The notes beneath the pieces were generated by a model. That model searched no databases and was not told the DNA's origin. It worked only from the letters and a program-made list of their open reading frames with translations. DNA of 64,000 bases. Source: Eukaryota sp. GEM-RC1. Its lineage: Eukaryota. Positions 40,111 to 49,517 of the stretch are shown in pieces. Position numbers and translations under genes: made by a program. The DNA lies in NCBI GenBank assembly GCA_040285855.1, contig JAUFOQ010000004.1, forward strand, positions 1,612,001 through 1,676,000, read 5' to 3'. Numbering within the stretch: position 1 is the first letter of the stretch; the number at the start of each line of letters is the position of its first letter.

Positions 40111-41486
40111 ATGAATCCATCATCTGATTTCAAACTCCTACAAGAGAAGACTTCCGGGAGGATCTTCGGAATATTTGCTGTTCTCTTGGCCCACAGCTCC
40201 ATCTTCAATTCTTTAAATGCTATTTTGGTGCCTGTCTTCGTAGATAACTATTATGATGGTAATTCTAGAGCCCTTGGGTTTATCACTGGAATTGGTTCAA
40301 TCGTACAAATTACTGGGGTTATCTGTGCTCTCCTGTCGGATAGAGTTGAATTTCGTACAGGTTTGATTCTACTTACATCCTCACAATAGGCCGCAGACGC
40401 CCATTTATCTTTTCCGCCGCTGCTCTGACTTGTTTTGGTATATTGTCCTTGCTCGTTGTTGAATTCCTTGATGAAGCATCTCTGCTGACAAACCGTATCT
40501 TCACTCTTGCTGGATATTACATTGCTACTGCTGGACTTTCCATAACATCACCAATTACTACAGCTTTTTTGGTAGATCTAATTCCTGAATCTCAAAGAGG
40601 TATGGGTAGTGGTGTCGTCTCTCTGTACATGGTTCTCGGATCTGCCATGGGGTTTGCTCTCTTTGTCTTTGATCTTACACTCACTAAGGTTTTCTTCATC
40701 TACATTTCACTTGTCGTCATCGCCAATACATCAACATTGCTCAATGCTAAGGAACAACAGTACAAGAGAACTCCTGATCAGGAACTCAGCATTGTTTCCA
40801 TTCTTTCCAACCTTAAGTTTGATCCCAAGAAGCACTCAAATTTCATCAAAATTTGTTTGGTTCGCTTCGTCTTCTACATTGCTTTGGGATGTCAGAGCTA
40901 TATCCAGTTCTACTTACGTGACATGATTGGTGTTGAAGATCCACCCACTTCCATGGCTGTTCTTGCTCTTATCATGCTTGGTTTTGGCATAGTTATTGCT
41001 ATTCCTGCTGGAAAGCTTTGTGATAAGTACTCAAAAAAGCTTTTCATCGCTATTGGAATTATGAGTCTTGCTGTTGCAATTGTGATGATGATGTTTGCTT
41101 TTGAGTTTTGGCATATGATTGTTGTTGGTTGTTTCTTTAGCGCAGGTCAAATCTTCTATGGAACTGCTGAGAATGCCCTCGCTTGTGGAATTTTGCCTTC
41201 TCAAACACAGTCCGGTTCTTACCTTTCTATTCTTTCCTTGTTAATTATGACTGGTATTAGTTTGGGAGCTGTGATTTTGGGTAACGTGTTGAGTTTCTTC
41301 CCTGATGGAGTCCCAATTTCCAAAGATTTCCCCCAACAGTATACTCGTCAAGGATATGTTATTACTTGGGCAGTTTCTGTACTTTTTTTGTTGTTTTCCT
41401 TAGGAATTTTGTCTAGAATGAAGATTCTACCAAAGTCTCAAAAATTAGACAAAGAATCCGAAGAAGAAATTCCTAATGTTCTTTAG
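40111..41486 (+). CDS. Major facilitator superfamily transporter with a 29-nt intron (40361-40389)
   Basis: Removing gtttgattct...cacaatag yields SDRVEFRTGRRRPFIF (MFS motif A) in frame with the downstream ORF. Second motif GKLCDKYSKK; about 12 hydrophobic segments. Confidence 0.92.
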
Positions 41487-41830
41487 TATCATATTGATAT
41501 TAATAAATCTGTTTATTTCCTGAAATTTGTAGTAGTAATGCCATTAATGGTGATAAATTTGGAAGCATGCATATTTGTTCGAATTTCTTGACTTACAATG
41601 AAGAAAACTTTTATGCACGCCACTGCTGTTATGTAACAGCAACAACGGTTAATGCTCCAATATGCAACTTCTGGTTTATTTAAATGCATTTGAAAAAAAA
41701 CGGGGTTTAGGATCAGTCAGTGAAATAAAAGCATTTGCAGAAGTTAATATTAATGCAATAAACACACAAACCACATTCGAGTCAAATGTAATTGACTTTG
41801 AGTCATAATTCACCTCTCCACCATCTACTG

Positions 41831-42853
41831 ATGGATTTTGAACTTACAATCCCACAAGATATACCAAGCTCTGGTCTCCTTTTGAAAGATCAGAAGAATG
41901 GATCTCCCATTCGTCGAATCTGTGTCTTTACTGCTCTGTTTGTAGTGGCTGTAGTGGTGATATATCCTCTCATTGTTTATCACATCTACCATAGAATTCA
42001 TCTTAAGGCGACTTCTTGCGTGGAATGTGAACATCCCTTGATTATTGATGATTTTGAACTCAAGTACCGCGATAGAGGGTCTGCTACCACACTGCCAACG
42101 ATTATTGTGGTTCACGGTGGACCAGCACACAGTCAGCTCAGCTTTAAGGATGGTTTGGACTTTCTTGAAGATCATACTCGTGTCGTTATGTATGATCAAA
42201 GAGGCTCTGGGCTCTCCGAAGTCAAAAGTGATACAGAACAGTATACCATGGAACTTTTGATCGAAGAACTCGAGTCTGTCCGCATCGCGTCTGGTTCGGA
42301 AAAGATCATTGTTATCGGACATTCCTTTGGTGGTATTCTTGCACAGCGTTATGCTCTCAAGTATCCTCAAAATGTTGTGAAGGTTATTCTCGTAGGAAGT
42401 GTTATTATCAACAATGGTATGGGCAGCAGATTCGTTTTGAAGTACATAGGTCCAACATTGTACTCCTTCGCTCTTGGATTTCCCCCAAAGACTTCTACTG
42501 AAGCTGATGAGTGGTTTACTGCCAGTTTACAAGATGAATCTTACCGTCTTTACAACAAGAGTAACACTCACTTGATTGAAGATTCAGGCCCATGTAGATT
42601 TGTTCCTTGGAGAGAGTTCTCTCTTTCTGTTGCTGGTTCGAATTATGAATCAGAGCTCAAAGCTTCCAAAGTTCCTTTCCTCATCGTTTATGGTAGTGCA
42701 GACTCTCAATATACTGGTTATGAAGCTGCATCCAAAATATGTTCCTTAATTTCTGATTGCAAGTTGGCAGAAATGAAGTACAGTGGACATTGGCCTTTCA
42801 TTGAAGAATCTGAGAAGTTTCAATCTGTTGTATTGGACTTTTTAAATCATTAA
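41831..42853 (+). CDS. Membrane-anchored alpha/beta hydrolase, proline iminopeptidase-like
   Basis: N-terminal TM helix; HGGP, YDQRGSG, GHSFGG nucleophile elbow, G.AD and SGHWPFIE. Confidence 0.9.
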   Translation: MDFELTIPQDIPSSGLLLKDQKNGSPIRRICVFTALFVVAVVVIYPLIVYHIYHRIHLKATSCVECEHPLIIDDFELKYRDRGSATTLPTIIVVHGGPAHSQLSFKDGLDFLEDHTRVVMYDQRGSGLSEVKSDTEQYTMELLIEELESVRIASGSEKIIVIGHSFGGILAQRYALKYPQNVVKVILVGSVIINNGMGSRFVLKYIGPTLYSFALGFPPKTSTEADEWFTASLQDESYRLYNKSNTHLIEDSGPCRFVPWREFSLSVAGSNYESELKASKVPFLIVYGSADSQYTGYEAASKICSLISDCKLAEMKYSGHWPFIEESEKFQSVVLDFLNH

Positions 42854-43413
42854 TAGTCCTCATTAGTGGTTTTTTGTTATTCGGAACTATGATTTATGTA
42901 AATGAAATTAATTTATCAAAAGTCTTACTGTATCTTTGGTTTCACTTCTAGTTAAGACGAAATTTCGTGTAATCAATTAATTCTTCAATGTTCAAATAGA
43001 CTGTCACTATTTACATGTGCTAAAATTATGAGCTACTATGTTATCCACATATGGCAAACTTCAAATGGTGCACATCAATATCGTTAGAAAGCCTAACAAG
43101 AATCTGTCTAAGAGTTAAACTATCTGAAAACTGATATTCAATTTTGGTTCCTCAGTATTTTAACGAAAAATATGTTTGAAAAAGTTTATTACCGAAGGTT
43201 AAATGACATTTGTAAACTATTTTGAGTTTCAATCCTTAGACAACAGTGAAAACAATTACAATTTGTTAACTGATCAGATATATGTACTGTTATGTAAAAA
43301 TTCGAACTACAATGTACGCTTTTCCAGTGTGGATACCCCCAGGTCAGTGGTTTGTCACCACCCAGTTGCCCTGGAATGGGCTACATTGCCCAAAAAAAAA
43401 CAAACAATAAACA

Positions 43414-43579
43414 TTTCCTATCATGATTTCAAAAGCTCTATTAGCTCTCAGTGTTTTTTATGAAGAAAAAGCTGATGTGAGTTTTAATGGCAATGATTGT
43501 TGCTTTAATGATATTGAGTTCTAGTATTTGTGTTTATTTTAGTGTTTTCATTCCATAAACTGTGCTTTGTAAAAAAAAC
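43414..43579 (+). mobile_element. 5'-truncated 3' end of the non-LTR retrotransposon, ending in an A-run
   Basis: Near-identical to 11361-11500 (ttcctatcatgatttcaaaagctctattagctctcagtg...); ends in an A-tract at ~43571. Confidence 0.8.
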
Positions 43580-44154
43580 ATTGGGAGTGTGGACTTAATC
43601 GGAAGTATATTACAAATGAAACAACAAGCTGTGACAACTCAGTCTACTGAAGGAATAATTGCAACCGGATTTGTAGATACTTGGAAGAAATGAAGGATCG
43701 TGTCAATTTTGAACCAAATAAGAAACGCCACAACGAGATTGATACGATGTTGATAAGAGCTTATACAACGTCGGTCATGGGAGAATACGAATTTCTGCCA
43801 TTCACAATAAAGATTTGGGAAATTTGAAGGAACTGATGTTCACCAACATTCAAACATGAAAAGGAAAATCATGTTTTTTTGTCATCCGCTAACAGATAAG
43901 GACATGTGAAATGTCTGTTCACAGCATAGGGATTGTGTATCAGCAGATAAGAATGAGGGCAGCTTTGTTTATGTGTATTTGGGATAACAAGGTAGAATCG
44001 AACTGTGGAGATACACGTGAAGTGTGCTTCAATGTTTGTTGTCAAAGATGCAGATTTATTTTGATTGTGCAAAACTGCAAAAAAAAAGAAGATCAAGAGC
44101 TACACTTTCTTTTCCTAATTCATCATTCACATGTATTTCATTTCAAATGCATTT

Positions 44155-44275
44155 CTACTCAGTCCGAGGACTGTTTTCACACATCTTCCTTAATTACTCT
44201 ACAAAATCCGAAGGCAATACAGTATACATCTCTGCATACTCCCTCCGGGGAAAGCTATACTACGTTACTAACTAC
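44155..44275 (-). ncRNA. Candidate Fanzor omegaRNA scaffold
   Basis: Directly 3' of the Fanzor stop. Minus-strand hairpins AGUAUGCA-GAGA-UGUAUACU (44221-44240; GNRA loop, one G.U pair) and CAGUC-CUCG-GACUG (44160-44173), plus a cUUCGg motif. Confidence 0.45.
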
Positions 44276-47200
44276 GAGAGATATTCAGGTCTTCCTCTCC
44301 CTTCTCTATACCCATCTACTATTCTCAACATATTCAAACACGCAAGCTGATTACGATTCCAATACTTTCTCTCACTTGATCCTCTACAATTCTCGCTTCG
44401 ACACTCAAGTAGACCATGACAAAGCACTTTTGGAGTTTTTTTCTCTTTTGTAGGGTCTTGGATTCTCGATCTTATGGAACTTCTTCACCTCACTTTCACA
44501 ATCTGGGCAGCAACTGGACGTTTTCTTTTCATTCAATAAAACGACTTCAAATCCATTTCTTCTCAAGAAAGACCGCCATCCGATTCCTCTTGTCGGTCTG
44601 TGATGTTTCAAATTCACTTGACCATTTGCCCCAAAATCACCCATACAGATCAGTAGTTCTTCTCTTCTTCGTCCAAAAGTCGATTCGAGTGACTTCAACA
44701 ACCAGGACTCTACTTTCTGCTTATGGATGTAGGAACGCATTTTTTGGATGCGCCATAAGGCAGAACAGTAAAACCAAGCGGTTGACGTCACTTGTTTCAT
44801 TTTCGCCTGGACCCAAGCTTCGAGATCAGCAAACGTGGCAGATTTTGGACTTAATCGTGAAAGCAAGCTATCAGTTTCTTCAATTGTGAGCGGTGGAGTA
44901 CTTTCAGAATCTTGATTTGATCTGTTTCTTGATGGTCTAACTTTGAACTTTCTTCTGGCACCTTTTAGCAGGTGTTGTTGCTTTCTTGCTACCACAGTCC
45001 ATTTGCATTGTGTCAGTCGCAGCCAATTACACTTGTTTTCTTGAATTTGTTCTTCATTTCTTCCACCAAAATAAAGTAGATCCCTTTTCCAGGGTCACAG
45101 ACGACTACTTTTTTGTTGTAAATTTTTCTGCTCTCAAGTCTTTACAATAAACTTCTTTAATCTTTCCTTGTAAATCATCCTTACCTCTTTTTTCACCAGC
45201 AAAGTCACGCCTAACTAACTCAATTGAACAGTTTTGACCGTCACTGTGGATAATGTTGTTGAACACATAATCCTTCTTTTTGAATTCTTTTAAATCGAAG
45301 TTTACAAACATTTTCCAAAAATCGTGTTGGTCTTTTGGTTTGAACTTGGTCACCTCAGCCTGGTTGTTCATTAACTTCAGATCCTTGATTTTCTTGTTTT
45401 GCCTGACGATACTCCACAAAGTTCTAGTATCAATAGGAAAGTAGCCTGGGATTACCGTGGTTACAGCAGGAAACCAGTGAAAAGCCGCTTCTTCATTCTC
45501 CTTCACATAACGATTCATAGTTATGGCTGCCAGCATGAATAATTGAGGCTTTTTTTCGAGTTCCAAAATTTTAGTAAATGGTCGAAGCACTCTTAATTCA
45601 AAAGGAGGTGATCTCTGCAAAATTTCAAATTTTTCAACGACATACGGGTAAATAAAGGCATCGTATAAAAAGTCTTGTTCGTGAGGTCTCATTCCTTTTT
45701 CCCCTGCTTTATCCTTCCAATCTTCTTCAAACTTTTCTAGACAAAATTGATTTGAAAGTAACGAGTTGAAGTTATCAACAGATTCAGCAGTAAAAATTTC
45801 TTTAATCTGTCGAAGAGCAAAACGATACAAAGTTAAAGTTTGTTGACAATCAGGTCGTTCTTCTCTCGGCAGCTCTTTAATTAAATTTGAAATTTCTTCT
45901 TCAGACTGCTTTTTTCCAAAATATACGTTAATGAAACGATTAACATGTTTTTCAAAGTGGAGTTTCAAGTTGTTGTTTATGTTACACAAGAGCACTGGAG
46001 CAATGTATTCTGGTGGTCTAGAGAAGCCTTGAGGAGGAAACATTGGAAAGTTATGGCCTTCATTTGATTCTAACTGAATACGATAGCCCTTGTGAATTGA
46101 GTTGCTGTCGAATTGTGCTTCTCCCATGACAAATCGTTCTAAGTCCGCATCAATTGCACTACTGGGCCGTTTATAGGGCTGACCATAAAATTGGGCACAA
46201 AGATAATTTATTCGAGTCATTACAGACGTAATCATTTGTTCAGTGATTTCAGGTAACGCTTCTCCACGTTCAAATCTTGCTGTTAAAAACAATTGCAGGC
46301 ATTGTAGAGTATGGCGACGAAGTTCGTGAAATTGAGGTGCTAGCTGCACAATGTTTTCAAAGACATCACGATGTTTCAAAGTTCGTGGAAGAGTAGACTT
46401 TACCATCCTATAAGTTGGAAGAATAAATTTTTCTTTCTGGAATAGCATACAAAGTTTTAAAGTTAAGTTGGCGTGTTGATAATTGTAATCAACTAAGAGA
46501 GAGACCAGTGTACTTTCACACCAACAATCAATGGGCAAAAGATTTCCAAGTTCTTCCTTTTTAAGTTTGAGACAAAATTCGTGTATCAGATTTCGTGTAA
46601 GAGATGGTAAATCGTTCCCAAATTTCATTGTGAGAAAACGTTTTGCAAACAATAAAGTATCAAGTATCAAGTATCCGTGTTTATTTTTAACAACTTCACG
46701 CCAGTTTTTAGATAAAAGATTAAGGTTGGATTCTTGGAAATTAACAGGCCATGGGAACTGATAAAACTGGAAACGCTTTTCCAAAACTTTGAAGTCAAAT
46801 CCAATAATATTGTGACCAGTAATGAAATTTGGCTGGTAATCTTGAATCACGTCTATCAATAAATGCAGCAGGACCAACTCATTGGACACAACATAGATTT
46901 CAGTTCTTGGGGATAAACTGCATTCAATTGGAGAAGGTAGGTTTGTTGCACAAAGGTTGACACAGATAATAATTGATTTTTCTTCGTAAAAATTGTCTTC
47001 ATTAAAACGGCCAAAAATTAATGCAACTGACATAACTTTTTGGCTAGCAATCCATCGATCCTGTTCTTCTGAATTCATCTTTTTCAGCTTCAGGGATTCC
47101 TTTCCTCGAAGCTTACTCAATTCTCCGTAATAGCTGTTGGAATTTCATCATCATGATGCATTGTCTCCAGGTCAATAGACATAATTTTTGGAAGAGCATA

Positions 47201-47418
47201 AGCATTAGGGTGTTCTTGAGCAAGTCCGAATTCAATCAAATTATGTTTTTCGTTGTTGTCATGTGGCTTAATTTTCTTCAAAGCTTTGAGACAAGATTTC
47301 TTAACAGGAAAAACTCTATTAGACAGGCGTTGTCCATTAATTTTCAAGGGAGCTCTCCGTGATTTGGCTTTAACTTGAGCTTTTTGGCAACTCTTGCTAA
47401 AATTTCGAGATTTGACAT
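44272..47418 (-). CDS. Fanzor1 (TnpB-like RuvC nuclease) with N-terminal DNA polymerase B-type 3'-5' exonuclease domain, ~1,050 aa after correcting about five homopolymer indels
   Basis: Exo motifs IMSIDLET, NELVLL, PNFITGHNIIGFDF, LILDTL, DYNYQHA. Fanzor motifs YRMVKSTL, WFP..TTVIPGYFPIDT, IHSDG..CSI, VVCDPGKRDLL, GDFG, LLNEKKTSSCCPDC, HGLLEC...C, WNRN..ACLNM, RPEYL. Confidence 0.85.
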
Positions 47419-47683
47419 TGGAGGACTAGAACTACTATCAACTCGACTTTTTTTTAACAGGGGGGAACAATGGAAGTCGAATCATCAAGTCGAATAAAAG
47501 GAAGACTCAATCTTGTACCGATGGGATCAGAATTGGGATTAGATTGTGGACCTGGATTGGATTCCACATCACCATCATAAGTTGTCAATGTCAGTCAAGA
47601 CATTTATTGACGATTGTCTTCATTTTTCACTTTTCAGTGTCCTCTACATGGACAATGTGTAGGTTGATCTTGTCAATATATCT

Positions 47684-48300
47684 CAGAGTGAGCAAACACG
47701 TGTTAACACTAACACGTGTCAACACGTGTTAGTGCGTGTTGACACGCTGTCAAAATCCTTAACACCGTTAAGGACATTTTCAACACGTTGTGCTTGAGTG
47801 TTCCTCTTTTTCTTTTGATAAGTCTCAGAGTGTCATTGTCGTGTAAACACAATAATATAAAATTCTTTACTGTCACATTAATGTACACCACCAGAGAAAA
47901 GTGACCAAAACAATGGTGGTAAGCTTACTAATCTACATTTATAACATGTTCTTCACCGATGTTCTGTACACCTGAGTTCTCAATCTCATCTTCGTCAAGA
48001 GGCTCTACTTCGTTTTCTGACAAATTTTCATTGAACATATCCCATCTAATAAACGCCTTTGCCTCATCTCTATGTCGATCCTTTTGATTGGATCTTATAA
48101 AGATGATCTTTTCCAAGTTTGCACTGGTGAAGTTTTTTCTCTTATCCGTCAAGACATTTCCATAAGCAGACCAGTTTCTTTCTGCGCTTGAACTTCTGGA
48201 GGATCTGTGTGATCCGAATTGACACTCTCTTTGAATCACATTGCCAGGGAGGAACTTGAGGAACTTAGGAAACACACATAATCAGGCCAATCAACCAGGG
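47684..48300 (-). mobile_element. hAT transposon remnant (one terminus plus dimerisation-domain fragment)
   Basis: SSSAERNWSAYGNVLTDKRKNFTSANLEKIIFIRSN matches the hAT C-terminal domain. Palindromic AACACGTGTT-type subterminal repeats at 47694-47790 follow a CAGAGTG start. Confidence 0.75.
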
Positions 48301-48594
48301 AAAATGTGCAGCCTTCTGTGTTTCAGTAAGTGATCTTACAACATGAGACAAGTCCGCCAAAAAACTACCGTGTGCTACTTCTGCAACTGCTTACTCAGTA
48401 GAGTTTGAGAGTGTGAAGAAGTTCCTCTTTAGAAATAGGGAATACGGAAGAGTGTTTAGTTATTCGAATAGGGTGTTGGGGGTAAGACATTATGATGGTA
48501 AAAATTGTTTGAGTTCTGTGTAATAAGTGAAGTTGTGTAATAAGTTGTGGATTTAGACATTCTCTAATAAAGATAACAGTTATTGGTACATGTA

Positions 48595-48925
48595 AAACAT
48601 GTTGAGTACGAACTATGCCCTTTTGCTGTTTCCAATTTACTGACGTTTAGGAAAAAGTGCATTGAGTTTTTAAACGACTTCGGAAAAATCGTAAAAAAAT
48701 AGGATGAACAAACGTATTGATCATATGTTATGGTTGAATCGGATCGTTTTTACTGTTTTTAAAACAGTTCCCCTGATCATCTCCAAAGCTTTATTAGCAG
48801 TTAGTGCCTTTTATGAGGACAAAGCTGTTGTAAGGTTTGATAGCGACGGGTGTTGTATTAATGATATCAAATTTTAGTTGTTTGATCTATTACATTTATA
48901 AAAAAATCTATATGTCAAAAAAAAG
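48595..48925 (+). mobile_element. Diverged 3' fragment of the same non-LTR retrotransposon family
   Basis: catgttgagtacgaactatgccctttt...aaagctttattagcagttagtgccttttatgag is collinear with 11192-11470 and ends in A-runs. Confidence 0.7.
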
Positions 48926-49517
48926 TTATAAGAACTGGATGTGACAAGCATGTGAGAATTGTCTTAGCCAAGTGATTATTTGCATCATGTGAGCAAGAGG
49001 TGGTTCAGCGTTAGGATAAAGAAATGCGCAGTGTGAAATACGTTTTTGGTGAGCAAACCGACAACATCATCAACGGAAGAGATCACTAGCTTGTCCACAT
49101 GGAAGAAACGATAAAGGAAACAAGTTAATTTGGAGTAAGAGAATCAGTTGAGAGAAGACAAAAAAGCAGATACAGTACATTAGTGACAATTTGGGAAGGT
49201 TTATTAATCTGTACATCTTTTATTATGTCTTCATACTCATTGCAACTAAAACACAAGCGCGTGTTGAACAGTTTAACAATATTCTCTGTACAGAGAATGT
49301 GGTGTGAACTGCTCACACCATAATGCTAGTCCATCACCAGATAAGAATAGTGAGAGCTTTGTTGATGTGGATTTGGGATAACAGAGGAGAGTCTACACAG
49401 CATAGATTGTTGATAAACAGATGAAGTGTGTTGATCTACATTCATTTTGATTGGACGAAAAAATGGACAAGATTGACTGACCAAAAGTTCATTCCACCTT
49501 TTCTCTATCCAACTCTT

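Noticed and set aside
43869..44889. Short ORFs 43911..44453, 44024..44350, 44416..44889 and 43869..44096 as genes
   Set aside because: Mostly antisense shadows of the Fanzor 3' end, with no recognisable motifs.
45105..47120. Ordinary DNA polymerase delta/zeta gene
   Set aside because: No palm motifs (DFxSLYPS, YGDTDS); the exo domain runs straight into Fanzor sequence.
47684..48300. hAT remnant as the carrier of the Fanzor
   Set aside because: Its terminus lies between the two genes, and no matching TIR was found downstream of the Fanzor.
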